Source of the DNA: the human T2T-CHM13v2.0 reference genome, Homo sapiens
Assembly: GCF_009914755.1 (NCBI RefSeq)
Contig: NC_060930.1
Strand: one strand, 5' to 3'
Length of the DNA: 64,000 nucleotides
The notes beneath the pieces were generated by a model. That model was not told the DNA's origin, did no database searches, and saw only the letters and a list, made by a program, of their open reading frames with translations. This document shows positions 18,865-37,597 of this stretch, piece by piece. How positions within the stretch are numbered: the first letter of the stretch is position 1; each line of letters begins with the position of its first letter. A program made the position numbers and the translations under genes.

Positions 18865-19982
18865 GTAAGTGTGAACAGGTGCCTTTTTTCCCTTCTGAAA
18901 ATAGACCTGAAATAGGATTATCAAAAGCAGGTCACATTGTAGGCAACTTTGTGGAGATGATGGTGAGGCAAGACAGATTTTTACCTTCTTCCTGACTCTC
19001 AGACTCACTGAAGAAATGTGGGGAACATGTCATCTTATTACTTATCTGTTTGTTCCACTAGGCTGCTTGCTGGTTAAAGTACACCACTCACAGCAGGGTG
19101 GTCTGCACACCCCCACTGCCCAGCACTTTGCTAGGCCCTCGGCTTAGTGATTTGATTCTTGACTCAGAGCAGTGATAGAAGCCAGAAAAAGGAGATTGAG
19201 GGCAGTGAAAGGTGGACAAAACTTTTGGAACTTCTGGTAGCCATAATGGTTGAATATAGGTCAGTGTCAAGGTTGCAGAAATGAAGGAGGACCCATTAGG
19301 GAGATTCTTGGTTTACTTTGTACCTTCTGAAGTAGTCCTTTTGTGTTGAAGCATTGTGTGTTTTAAATATTAGTTTCTTATTCTGATAATGGTCCTAGGC
19401 ATCTGCAAAACCTTAAATATGTCTTAAGTATAATTCTTTTAGTGGGAGTCTATATAGTTTAAATGAGTTAATGTATCCTAAAATACTTAAAACAGCAGCT
19501 GGCATATAGTAAGTGCTTACTACATAAGTATTTGCTGTTATTACATTTAAGAGCATGAGTCTTAGACTCAGACAAAGCTGGTTTTGAATTCTAGATCATT
19601 TAGTTAGTAACTTTGAGACTTGGGTAAAACACTTTGATTACTCATCTACCAAATATTGATGATAACTTATAAAATTGTTTTGGGGAATAAATAAGAAAAT
19701 ATGTTAGTACCATGATTGGCAAAAATATGCATTCAACAGGTTGTGACTGTAGTTATTGTATGCTTTAAATATCAGAAATTTTGTAGTGAAATACAGCATA
19801 CATATCAGTATTTCTATTAAAAATAACCTAGTCTTAAATACTCTAAAACCCAAGAGAGTTTTATACTTTTATTTTAGTTAAAGAGTAAATGACTCATGTA
19901 TTTGGTTTTAAAAAAGTAAAGATCATGGCACAAGTCTACTATTTGTTTGATTTGAAACATCTAAGTAACTCTACCATCTTGA

Positions 19983-20201
<219 letters not shown>

Positions 20202-20655
20202 TGATAGCACCCTCTGCATAGCATGTGCTGTAAAAATACTTAATAATCAAATTAGAATTTAGGAGTGGGGGTAGGTAAACATATGTTTTAATTCTAGGGG
20301 GCACATGTAGATCTTTTGTGATATATCTTTTCTCTTTCTAGTTTTTGCATTTTCCACTCTATTTTTAATTCTTTGGAGCTGTGACTTGACTTGGGTGCAG
20401 GTGTGGTGAAGTCTAGTTAGTTGACTTGGGTATGGGTGTGGAGAAGTCTAGTTCAGTTCTTGAGCATCCTGAATTAGGGAATCTGTGCTGTTAACTCTAG
20501 CAGTGAGGTGATGAGCACATAGTAAACCAATCATAATGTACCTTTATAAAAATACAATTCAGATTGTTTAAATGTAGGGAGAAAAAAGATTTCTTGGTAT
20601 GAAATGAATATATTACACTGTCCTTTTTTACTTCCATGTTAATATGTCATTATTA

Positions 20656-21040
<385 letters not shown>

Positions 21041-21099
21041 TTATTTTTTAATTACTGGTGTGATGCTTATACTAACAATTTTGTCTTTTGCAACTGTCA

Positions 21100-21443
<344 letters not shown>

Positions 21444-21568
21444 CTAATACAAGACTATCATAAATGATCTTTGTTCTATGTTGGAATAATCAATCTATAG
21501 CGGTTCTATGTTACAAAATTTAAAACATGTCTCTCAGTCCTTAAAAATAGTTTTATAACCTTTTTTAG

Positions 21569-21620
21569 ATTTTGCCGATTGAGGATTTTCAAACACAGTT
21601 CAATCTGACTGTGGCAGAAG
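21569..21620 (+). CDS. ENPP1: ENPP1 exon 19
   Basis: tag| ... |gtaagg; ILPIEDFQTQFNLTVAE. Confidence 0.97.
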
Positions 21621-22839
21621 GTAAGGCATGCTACACACTCAAGCTCGGAATGTGAAGCAGGCATTTTCTCATCAGTGTGAAATGCAGAGAACTGGCTTGG
21701 GGGTATTATTTGAGAATAACCAATAAAATAAAGGGAGTTCTGGAGGACCACCTGATGAAACATAGAGGTTTCTTTGCTTGACAGTTTAGACTATTAGGCA
21801 TAAGGAAAGGAGATATTTTGCAGTGGATATTGTATGTAATGTATTTAGTGGAAGCTGAATCACACTTTGTGAACATGATGGAGGTGTTCAAAAATTTTTG
21901 ATGATTTCTGTAAGTTGATAATAGAGACTGAGATTCCCATTTGAAATACCTAAGTTTCTATCTCACCTGGTTCTTAATCATACAAGGTTATATATTGATT
22001 TATTGATCTAAAGTTATTTCTGCATCACTTTTGACCAAAAATCAAGGATACACAGACAACTGATGAAATTTTTCACTTATGACTTGAATGTTTGGAGTCA
22101 CTATAATACACTCTCTCAGCCTTAAGTTACTTGGCACACATTTTTTTTCTACTAGAATAAAGAGGTAAATTCTGCATTAGTTCTGATGTAAGTTTGTCTC
22201 TATAAAATCCCTAGGTAAATGCTGGAGTTAGGAAAATCTTTGATATCTCCAAGGTGGCAAAGTATTGTGGTGAATGATGGCACTTTCAGAATTGAGTAGA
22301 TCCAAGTTTGAATATGAGCTTAGGTACTATATGTTCATGGAAATAGTATTCCCTGTCAGCTGCTGTTTCCTTATCTGTAAAATGGGCATATAACCTTAAT
22401 TCATAGGGAAATGTAAAAATTAGTTATATGATGTGTACCAAGCCCTTGACATTTGGAAAAAGGGCAATAAATAATATCTATATTGTTATTGTTTTATTTA
22501 GTTTAGTCTCATAATTTCAATTCTGAACTTCTGCTTTCCAAGTACACATATCATTAAAAAAATTTGCTTTCTGGAGTGTGTCCTAAAGAATAAGTAATTA
22601 AAATAGTGCTTAAGAATTTTTGGTAATATAACTTTGAATTAACTGGAATATTTAGCAATTTCATATAGTGTCCTCATGGTATCTTGATATTACATTGATT
22701 TCAGAATCTTTATAGGCAAAAATAACAGTGAACCTCACTTGTCTTCTTAATTGTTTATGCTTCTACCCTTTGTAATCAGTTTTTTTAATAGTTAAAAGTA
22801 AATCTTCAATATAATTAAGTAGAGGAAAGGATTAGATGA

Positions 22840-23172
<333 letters not shown>

Positions 23173-23308
23173 TAGAGGAACACTGAAGAGGGAGTCAGAA
23201 AAATTCAGTTCCAGTTCAAGCTCTGCCACTGAGCAGCTGCATGACTTTGAGAACTCAGACCAAATTTCTTCTGTGAAATGAGGGTCGTGCAGTAAAGATT
23301 CTCTTTTG

Positions 23309-23623
23309 GGCTGTGCGCAGTGGCTCATGCCTGTAATCTCAGCACTTTGGGAGGCCGAGGCGGGCAGATCACGAGGTCAGGAGATCGAGACCATCCTGGC
23401 TAACACGGTGAAACTCCATCTCTACTAAAAATATAAAAAAATTAGCCGGGCGTGGTGGCGGGCGCCTGTAGTCCCAGCTACTCAGGAGGCTGAGGCAGGA
23501 GAATGGTGTGAACCCGGGAGGTGGTGGAGCTTGCAGTGAGCCAAGATGGCGCCACTGTACTCTAGCCTGGGTGACAGAGTGAGACTCCATCTCAAAAAAA
23601 AAAAAGAAAGAAAGAAAGAAAAG
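23309..23623 (+). mobile_element. AluY
   Basis: gatcacgaggtcaggagatcgagaccatcctggctaacacgg; TSD attctctttt. Confidence 0.93.
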
Positions 23624-24629
23624 AATTCTCTTTTCCTCCCCGACCCCAGTTTTAATATTTTATGATTCCAATTTATAATTGCATGAAATCAGCCTTAGGA
23701 TCAGTCACAGTTACCCATTTCTAAATACATGGCTGTGTGAGGACAAGTATTTCCCTCAGCTGTCCAAATCTAAGGGGGCCCTCACTGTTTGGCAAAGCCA
23801 TTAAAGCTCAGTAACATCATTGCACGTACCATCTATAGGAAGACACGAGCCCAAACCAGGGAGAGGCCAGAATCCTGCCCACCACCAACACCAGAGGAGT
23901 TAGGCCTTGAAAGGAGTGAGGGCAAATATCCCAGAATAAGAGCAGCCTTCCCCCTCACCCATGGCCCCCTGGGTGCTCTGGTAGAAGGAGGAATGGTGAA
24001 GGAGATGGTGCTGGAAAGAGAGAAGGGGGAAGATGAGATTTTGATCTTACGTGGAATTGAAATTTTAAACTGGGCTGAAACTGAAAGTGACTGGCAAGGT
24101 ACAGGATGCCCTAAGGGAACGACAAAGGGATTTGAGAGAGCATAGTGGAGGGCAGCAGTTTGATTTAAAAAATAAAATGATTTTTACTAATCAGTGAGAC
24201 AACCAAATAAAAAGATAGGGATATGTCTGTTTATATATAATTTCTATGTTACAAATATATAATACACACATATATTTATATAAAATTTCTTGAACTTTGA
24301 TTTTTAAAATTTTTCAATACTGTCTTCAAACACCAAACACTTAAAAAAATTTTTGACTTTGTAATTGATCAGTCTACACCATTTTTCATAGGCACCCCAT
24401 CCTATTTATTAATATTTATACCTTAATTATGGGTTCCTTGATTCCATTTTCAGTTTTCTTATGTAATTAAAATGCATAACTTTACAGTCATTGCGATGCT
24501 TGAGGTTTTTACATTGCTGTTCGGTGACTGTCCTCCTTTGCTCCAGCAACTTTTGGCAGTGTAGTTGACTATGGAAGATAGACTCAGATCTCTAAAAATC
24601 AACATTTTACTATATAAAAGCTTAAAATT

Positions 24630-25084
24630 GACCAGCGCGGTGGCTCACGCCTGTAATCCCAACACTTTGGGGGGCTGAGGAGGGCAGATCACGAGGTCAG
24701 GAGTTCGAGACCATCCTGGCTAACATGGTGAAACCCTGTCTCTACTAAAAATACAAAAAATTAGCCAGGCGTGGTGGGTCACACCTGTAATCCCAGCACT
24801 TTGAGGGGGCTGCAGCGGATGGATCACCTGAGGTCAGGAGCTCAAGACCAGCCTTGCCAACATGGTGAAACCCCATCTCTACCAAAAACACAAAAATTAG
24901 CCAGGCGTGGTGGCAGATGCCTGTAGTCCCAGCTACTCGGGAAGCTGAGGCAGGAGAATCGCTTGAACCTGGGGGGCAGAGTTGCGGTGAGCCGAGATTG
25001 CGCCGCTGCCCTCTAGTCTGGGTGACAGAGTGAGACTCCATCTTAAAAAAATAATAATAATAAATAAATAAATAAATAAATAAA
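24630..25084 (+). mobile_element. Trimeric Alu (left-left-right)
   Basis: Two left monomers then a right monomer; (TAAA)n tail. Confidence 0.88.
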
Positions 25085-25338
25085 TATTTAAAATTGTGTA
25101 GATAAAATCATTCTAAACATTATTTCATATTAGCATAGCAGAATCTGAAAATATTTGCATAAATATGACAATTAATATCTTTAATATTGTAAAGCATTTT
25201 TACACTTTAGTTAGAAAAAAAGATGAATATACTAGTAGGAAAATAGGGAAGGACATGAGCTGACAGCTAGAGCTTCATAATTTTATGATGTAGTTCACCT
25301 TTAAATATTAATAAAGCAATTTTCTTCTCTGTGCCTGA

Positions 25339-25708
<370 letters not shown>

Positions 25709-26686
25709 TGTTTATTTATTGGTGAAAAATTGTGGATTTGGTCTAGAACTACCAAGGGAAAAATTTTAATCATCTAAAACTTGAATTTTATAAAATTTTC
25801 TTTTTGTTGGGAGGGTAGTTGATGTAGTGCAGATATGGTAAGCAGAACACTTCATGGTTCCTTTCTGCATTTCTTTTAAACAATTTGAGAATATTGTGAA
25901 GGTGGAATATATATATCAAGTTGGAAGAATATATCAAGGTTCTTAGGAAGATAACTTTGTTAGGATAAATAACTTTGTTGTTTAAAAAGAAAATGCGTTT
26001 GTCAGAGAAGTAGGTAAAGGTAGAGGCTTACATATGCTTGCTTTTTCACTGATCCAGAATCTCTAGGGAATGGCTTTTTTGAAGCTAAGTATTCTATTTT
26101 TTGAAATGGCAAATTTGTATGTTGATGAGAAGCCATTTTGGGGCCAGCCTTAAAAGGCAAAAATCAGAAAGCTCCAGGTGCTCAACTACCGTCAGCATCC
26201 AGTTCAGTTCCCAGAGTATGTGTCTGAAGTCAGAACTTGGCTATTGCATTATAAAAATAGACCAGGTCCAAGCCTCAAATTCATACAGAGAAGCCTTGTA
26301 TGGTGTTTCGAGACAGACATCCTGTGATGTTTTTTCTGGGTAGCAGGTGTTGTTCTGGAGCCAGATGTTCTCTTTTTTCTTTTCACTGTGAAAAAGTGTA
26401 AGGAAAGAAGATTGTCAACACAATTCCTTTTAGTTGAAATGAGGGCAATAACGTTTGAATATGTTTAATTTGGGGCTCTTGTTATTAAAGTTTATGTTTC
26501 GTTGACATGCTCATCTTGAAAAGACTTCTTAAATATTTTATTTTTGTAAAGGACTTGACCAAACACATTACATTTTCCCTTGACCCTGTACTTGGGAAAG
26601 TTTTACAGGTTTAAGATGGTACTCAGCTAATTTTTAAAAATGCTCCCCTAACCATGAGAAACTATAATTTCCTATGTTATTTGTGA

Positions 26687-26806
<120 letters not shown>

Positions 26807-27514
26807 TAATGTTAACTCTATATTTGATAATTTTAATGAATTTGTGCACATATAGGCATAATTCATATGTAATAGGACTTATGGTCTAAATTAAATGAAT
26901 TAATACCAAATACATTCTTAAAGGTTTAACTTTGAGAATACTAGTACACAAAAATTCTACAAATTATTAGAATTATCATGTATTCTAATTGTATAATTGT
27001 TTGCAAACAGTTTTGGTGAGAAAGTATGTGATGCGCTTCCTAAAGTTATCCAGCTAATACAGTCTGCTAACACTTATATTAACTTTCATTCGGCTTCCTT
27101 ATTTAACTTTTTGGAAGTTCTTGATAATTGTCTATGTTTTCAAATGAATAGATTTTACATCATCATTAACTATTGCAGCATTTGACTTTTACAGGAATAA
27201 AAATTTAGTTACTTAAATTGATGTATAGAATATCAAAATATAAGCATATAAGGAGTTTTTAGTCTAATTTATATCTAGAATACTTGTGAATATTTCAAAG
27301 TTAATATTCAGATATTAATAGGAAATCGGAATAATATGCCTTGTTTGTGTTTGCGATGTTGCTATGCTTAATGATGACATATGATCACAATTTCAACATG
27401 ATGTACTTGTTCAGGGATGTCTCAAAGAGAGTTGGGTTCAACGTTTGTCTGTGAGTCCTTTCAAAGGCCAAAGCTGAACAATGAATTTTTGGCCTCACAC
27501 TAAGATTAGAGCCA

Positions 27515-27846
<332 letters not shown>

Positions 27847-27929
27847 TTATCTTTATTTACTATAAATGCTAATTTTGAATCATGGTGTTAATTTATTTCA
27901 CACGTCAACATGGTCCCTTGTTCTTTTGA

Positions 27930-28091
<162 letters not shown>

Positions 28092-29526
28092 TAAGAACAT
28101 ATTTCATTACTCTTAAAAATAGGAATTACCATCCAGTAGAAATGGGATTACCATCCAGTTGAGTCAACAGAACCTTTTTTATCCAGTGTCGTATGTTTAT
28201 GTGTATGACACTTCTGACTACACAGGAAGCCTCTTGAAATATCTGATTAATTTTGATGTTTTGCTCAATGTTCAGTAAAATATTTTTAGGTAAAAAAGTA
28301 GTGTTTCTCACCCATTCAGTTCAGTTGAATAATTTTTGCACTCAGTTTAAATGCTGAACTCATTTAAGATCTCTGTGTGGCTGATTGTTAAGATATGATC
28401 TTAATATATTGTGAGTCAGAAGATGAAGAACTCTATGGTGTGGCTACAGATATCCTGAGTCTAGGAATGAATAGGGTTATAAAGCTGCAGTGCTTGGAGT
28501 CTGGTGGCCTTGGGTGAATGTTATGGCTTTTACCCAACTGTGGCTGGAGGGGCATGATAAAAAGCAACCGTCTGAAGGAAACCATCAGTGGTGCTTTTTT
28601 AAAAAAGAGAGGGAAAGAACATCTTGGAAACTGGTTGATCTTTATTGAAACAATAATTACAGCAGTTTGGGAAGCAATTTTGCTGTTAAGTCCGTAGGAA
28701 AAAGACTGAGATTCCACTGAGATTCAGCCCCTCTCAGAACTTTCCTACTCTCCCAGGCTGACTTAGATATATGTGACTTACAAAATACATCAGAAAGCAC
28801 ATCAATTTGCAAAGTTACAGTTTTTTACTTTCCCTTGAGGCATAAAGCTGCCTTAGAAGCTGTAGCACTGGAGAGGATACAGAAGAGAACTGCATATGCT
28901 TCCTACCCACGGCTTCACCCAGAGCCCTCTGTTTAAATCTGTTTTATAGATTATGTTTCTACATAAGGTCATATTTGAAAACAATGATTCCACTGCCTTA
29001 AATTTTGAAAGATGTTGAAAAAACAAACACAGCCTTAAAATAGGAGAATGACTATGAGGTAAAGATGTTTGGGACATCTTTGATAATATACTTCAGTTTA
29101 AAAAATTAAGTTATTAAGGAAGAAAATCCAGTTAGAACAAACAATTCATGACAACATGTCCTCTCTGAAGGGGCTGGAATAGAAAATTCCTAACCAGTTC
29201 TTTCTCTGCCCACTATTTGTCTATAATCGCCTAGAAGTTAAGACTATCAATAATGGTTTACACTCTTGGTCATAGGTGTTCAAAAATGACATTTTCTTTT
29301 CTTTAGTGTTTCAATTTCAATGTCTTTAGGTAGAACTAAAAGAATTCTAAAAGTCAATAAACTTCTACAGAAAATAAAAATTATTTGGAGTGTGTTTATC
29401 TGCCTGTCTTCTAATTATTGCTCTCAATCTGGCAGAGTATGTTGAGGTATTGTGATTACTAGCTTCTTATATTTAATTATTTGTTTGAATTTGATTTTTA
29501 TATGTATTAAAAGCATGCTCTACTGA

Positions 29527-29835
<309 letters not shown>

Positions 29836-29904
29836 TGAGAGAAAGCACAACTGAGTACACATGGACTTCGAAATTATAGGATGCTTTTAAATTTGATCTT
29901 TTAA

Positions 29905-30150
<246 letters not shown>

Positions 30151-30386
30151 TAAAGTCTAGGTTTATCTGAGGTATGGATTTTCTCTTTTTTTAAAACTGG
30201 ATGTATAATTTCAAAGTGTCAGCACTGTTATAAATTAAAGTTGTTAGACAACATTTCAAATTTTCTGTGTATCACTTAATTATAAAAAATCTTTTCCTTT
30301 CTTATCGTATTGTCATCCCAGTGTGTTTGGGAATAATTGTTTTATATTATCTTATTTGCTCAGAATTTTAAAAATCTACATTGTAG

Positions 30387-31187
<801 letters not shown>

Positions 31188-32249
31188 CATTTTAGCAATT
31201 TTTAAGTTTTCTCTTATGGTGAGCCAAAATATATTTCTTTCAGAGTACTTCCTACATTTCCTTTTTTTTTTTTTTTCATTGAAGTGACACCAAGTAAGTC
31301 TAAACCTGAATCTGCAAAAAGATGTAGCTTTCATACCAGTCCCAATGAATGGGTGGTAGGTACCTGGAGTTAGGATCTTGAGACCCAGTATGAGCTCAGC
31401 AGGAAAGAGTGCTGTATCCACTCATTCATTCACTACTACTTTGATTCACCATTCATTCCTTTGATATTTATAATCAGGTGCTCTAGGTACTGAGGACACA
31501 GCAGTGAACAAAATAGTGAGCTCTTCTCTGGGCCCAAGAGTAGAATACAATGATCCGTTTGCCATCCCTGATGGTAGTAGTCTTTCTATATATCGTTAAA
31601 ATTCATGAAGATATGTCTCTCCTTAATTGTTTCTATGATAAACTTTCAGAATTACTTGTTCCTATAGAACACATTTCTCATTATTTTTCCCTTTATTCTT
31701 TAGAATTAAATACAGAATAGCAAGATTTTAGTTGGTTGCCTGATGATTATCTGACTCCACTGAAAGTTGTCAGTTTTGTGGGCATTGTTGGAAACATGCA
31801 GCTATTCCCTGCTTCATTATTTCGTTTGAGAGATTATATTGTCATTGAATGTATCAATTAGAGTAGGGTTCTGCAGCAAATAACAGAAACCCCTTTGCAG
31901 TGGCTTAAGCAAGTCAGGGATTCCTCATGGAACAGCAAGTCCAGCTGCACACAGTCCTGGGATGGCGCTTTGGGTCAACTGCACCATTAGGGACCCAGAA
32001 CTTTTCCCTCTTTCTGCTCCACCATTCTTAGCATGTGGCTTTGGCCCACGTGGGCTTCTTCATGCATCTTTGTAGGTAACACATTCTCATAAAAACTAGT
32101 ATTTGTGTAGTACATTTGCACACATCATTACGTTTGATCCTCAAAATAACCCGATGAGGAGGATACAGATAAAGGAATCAAGACTTATATGTTAAATAAC
32201 TTTCCTTAGTTTACCTGATACGATTGTCACAGAACCAGCCTCTTTTAAA

Positions 32250-33015
32250 AAAATTTTCAACTTTTAAGTTCAGGGGTACATGTGCAGGATGTGCAGGTTT
32301 GTTGCATAGGTAAATGTGTGCCATGGTGGTTTGCTGCACAGATCATCCCGTCACCCAGGTATTAAGCCCAGCATCCATTAGCTATTCTTTCTGATGCTCT
32401 CCCTCCTCCCACCCCCTGCCCTCCAACAGGCCCCAGTGTATTTTCTTCCCCCACACGTGTTTATGTGTTCTCATCCTTCAGCTCCCTCTTATAATTGAGA
32501 ACATGAGGTTTCGATTTTCTGTTTCTGCATTAGTTTGCTAAGGATAATGGCCTCCAGCTCCATCCATGTCCCTGCACAGGACATGATCTTTTATGGCTGC
32601 ATAGTATTCCATGGTATACATGTACCACATTTTCTTAATTTAGTCTATCATTGACCATATACACCATAGTATTCCATGGTGTGTATGTACCACATTTTCT
32701 TGATCCAGTCTATCATTGTTGGGCACTTAAGTTGATTCCATGTCTCTCCTATTGTGAATAGTGCTGCACTGAACATATGCGTGCGTGTATCTGTATAATA
32801 GAATGATTTATATTCCTGTGGGTATGTACCCAGTAATGGGATTGCTGGGTCCAGTGGTATTTCTGCCTCTAGGTCTTTGAGGAATTGCCACACTGTCTTC
32901 CACAGTGGTTGCACTAATTTACACTCCCACCAACAGTGTAAAAGCATTCCTTTTTCTCCACAACCTTACTAGCTAGCGTCTGTTGTTTTTTGACTTTTTA
33001 ATAATAGGCATTCTG
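32250..33015 (-). mobile_element. 5'-truncated older L1PA
   Basis: Minus-strand ORF2 remnant (ORF track 32648-32947) and 3'UTR. Confidence 0.88.
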
Positions 33016-33366
33016 AGTGATTCTTTACATTATTCAGATATTCTTTCCCATGCCATGTAATTTCTGTTTTCCCCCTTTTTTTAACCCCACGCCATTGAAG
33101 TTTCTTAAACCTATGTAATGCAGGACCATCTGTTCCAGGTATAGTTTCTTTTCCCCAAACTTGAAGCATCTAATTAAACAAACATGCATGGTATGTATTA
33201 GAAGGAAAGCTACTCAAGAGGAGAGATGATGCCTAACAAATCATGTGGCACGTTCCACTTCAGAGCTGAAATCTCGTAAATGATTAAACTGGGGAGATGG
33301 AGCACTTATAGAAGTGAACTGAGTGTTCTCTTGGTAACTTTTCTTTTATATTTCCTATTCTCCTAG

Positions 33367-33537
<171 letters not shown>

Positions 33538-34789
33538 TATGTTTTTTATCCCCAAACACCATGAATCTTTTTGAGAGAACCTTATATTTTATATAGTCCT
33601 CTAGCTACACTATTGCATTGTTCAGAAACTGTCGACCAGAGTTAGAACGGAGCCCTCGGTGATGCGGACATCTCAGGGAAACTTGCGTACTCAGCACAGC
33701 AGTGGAGAGTGTTCCTGTTGAATCTTGCACATATTTGAATGTGTAAGCATTGTATACATTGATCAAGTTCGGGGGAATAAAGACAGACCACACCTAAAAC
33801 TGCCTTTCTGCTTCTCTTAAAGGAGAAGTAGCTGTGAACATTGTCTGGATACCAGATATTTGAATCTTTCTTACTATTGGTAATAAACCTTGATGGCATT
33901 GGGCAAACAGTAGACTTATAGTAGGGTTGGGGTAGCCCATGTTATGTGACTATCTTTATGAGAATTTTAAAGTGGTTCTGGATATCTTTTAACTTGGAGT
34001 TTCATTTCTTTTCATTGTAATCAAAAAAAAAATTAACAGAAGCCAAAATACTTCTGAGACCTTGTTTCAATCTTTGCTGTATATCCCCTCAAAATCCAAG
34101 TTATTAATCTTATGTGTTTTCTTTTTAATTTTTTGATTGGATTTCTTTAGATTTAATGGTTCAAATGAGTTCAACTTTGAGGGACGATCTTTGAATATAC
34201 TTACCTATTATAAAATCTTACTTTGTATTTGTATTTAAAAAAGAAAAATATTCCTATCCTGCTCACTGGTAATTAACATAGGTTTAAAATGGCTTCAAAT
34301 GTGGCCCTATAGACGGTTAAAATTGTACCTTATCTTGGCAAAACTTCAGAGCACCAGTCAGTGCATGCAAGGTGCCATTTTTTATTGAGATGCTTAGAAT
34401 GTTTCTTTCTGTGCACAAGACTTACCCTACCAGCAGCAGAGCCATTCTCTGTTGAGTGGTTCATTTTGAAGTTCCACAGATTGAAGAGAACATGCCACCA
34501 ATCACCTCACATCTTCTTGGTGGACATGATAAATGACACAATGAACTTGATTTCTTTACTACCTTGACTGTAGCTTTTTATCCCTACCTGTGAACCTTCA
34601 AAGACTGCATTAACTTTTAGGCTACATAGGTCCAATTGAGGTATAATATCAGTACACCAAAGATTTTTATATGTCCTTCGTGTGACCATTCTTCAACGGC
34701 CTAAGGGCCAGCTGCAAAGACTTTTGGAAAATACAATTTACAACTCAAAATTATTTAATAATTTAGGAAGTTGCTTTTTTTTTTTTTTT

Positions 34790-36160
34790 TTTTCAGTCCT
34801 GCAGTTTCCTGAAGCTCTGTATATGATATTTTTTTCAGCCTGCTTCTCTCTGTTGTTCAGATTAGGTAATTTTATTCTTCTGTCTCGAAGCTCACTGATT
34901 CTTTATTCTGTCTAATCTGTTCTGCTGTTGAGCCCATTTATTCCTGATTTTTATATTTTAGTTATTGTATGTTTTATTTCTAAAATTTCCATTCAGTTTT
35001 TCTTTATATCTTCTATTTGCTGAGAATTTCTGTCTCTTTGCTGAGACTTTCTACGTTTTCATTTGTTTCAAGTGCATTTATACTTGCTTGTTGAAGAATT
35101 TTTATGATGGCTGCTGTAAAATCCTTATCAGATAATTCCAACATCTGTCACCTCATTGTTTGCATCTACTGATGGTCTTTTTTCCATTCGGAAACATTTT
35201 CCTGTTTCTTGGTGTGTGGAATGATTTTTTATTGAAACCTGGATATTTTTAGGTATTATGTTATGAGACTATGGGTCTTATTTAAACCTTCTGCTTTAGC
35301 CAACTTTCTCAGATACCACCACAGCAGGGGAATTGGGAGCACTGCTTCATTATTACCAGGTGTGGCTAGGAGTCCAGGTTCCCCAGTCAGCCTCCCTTTA
35401 TACTGAGTAACAGGGTCCCCTCATTACTACTGGGCAAGGTGAGAATTCAGTTTCCCATTAGGTCTTTATTGATTCTTCCCTGGCTGGAATGTGCAGCGGC
35501 ACCTTTTGGTGCACCCTGGGAATCTCCACTAATGCTATGGGACAGAGTGACCAGGAAGAGCTTCATTACACCAGGTGGGAATGAAATTCCCAGTAGCCTA
35601 CACAGCCTTCTCCGACACCACTCTGGAGTTGTATTCTTCCAGCACACAAACATACACAATTTAACTCAAAGCATCTTAGCAGAGCTTAATTAAATGGATA
35701 GATGCCTGTTCCCTTTGCTGGATACCAAGAATACAAAAGTCAGGGAGTTGGGGCACCTCTTTACAGCTTGGTGAGAGTGTAAGTCTGGACTCCCCACTCA
35801 GCATTTGCTGGTATGGGTGGGGCCATGGTGTTTTTCCATGGTGTTTGGTTGGAGTACAGCCTTTTTTACCCTTGCTTGGCTACCCTTTTCTGGTCCTTTG
35901 GCAGGAGAGAGCAGGACTCTCTTAGGGCTTTTTTTTCCCCTGCATTTATTGACATTTCCAGGTTGCTGACTTTTTCAGCTCCAAGTTGGAAATATATGAG
36001 CTGAAAAGAAAATGTAGGGAACTCATCACAGTGTTGTTACTTGGGCCCCAATGTTCCTAGCCTATTTTCTGTCTACTATTCAGAGTCTTGCTGTGTTTTA
36101 ATATAATATCCAGGATTTTTATATGCATTTAGCAGAAGGATGTCTACTCTGCCTTTGTAG
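34790..36160 (-). mobile_element. Old L1M-type fragments in the 3'UTR
   Basis: T-rich antisense ORF1-like sequence (tcgaagctcactgattcttt, ctgctgttgagccca) and internal subrepeats; family uncertain. Confidence 0.5.
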
Positions 36161-36934
36161 AAGTGTCTCACTGATTTTTACATATTTTTCCAGCACACAA
36201 ACATACACAATTTAACTCAAAGCATCTTAGCAGAGCTTAATTAAATGGATAGATGTCTGTTCCCTTTGCTGGACGCCAAGAATACAAAAAAGAACAAGTG
36301 ACAATTTTCTCTGTCTTAGGGAGAAGAGACAGCAGAAGTGTAAATGATCCCTAAAGAGTGATAGATGTTATCATGAAGCCACAGGAGGGGTGCCAGGCTG
36401 CACAAAAGAGACACTGGATGCTTCTTGGTAGTAGAGGCAGTGGCTTCCCAGCCTTGGGGCTAAGGCTTGTAGGGTGAATTGGAACTTTTCAGATGAGCAA
36501 GGCAAAGAAGGGACCTTCTAACATTCCTTGGATGGAACATTTTTGACATTTTCCCATTTACAGCTACTTATATTTTCTACAAGTGTCACTGTGACCAACT
36601 TATGTACACATACTTTTTCTTGCTTAGTTATAATAATCTGTTCTTAAAGAAAATGTCAGTCTCTACATTCTATGCTGACTGTTAAGGAAAGAGCACCCAC
36701 ATCTGCTCCTACTTAGCTTTTTTTCTGTGGTTCTTACACAGTATTCCTTTTTTTCTTTTCTTGAAAGAGACTCCTCCTTTCTTTTCTTTTCTTGAAAGAG
36801 TTTTAAACAGATAAGATGGCAAAAGTGACTGATCTCTACTCCCCCAGTTTGAATGGTAAATTTGAATGGTAAATTCCCATGAACATATATGGAAATGTCT
36901 TTATCCTACTTTCTCCAATAAAGGCTGTTCTTAG

Positions 36935-37597
<663 letters not shown>

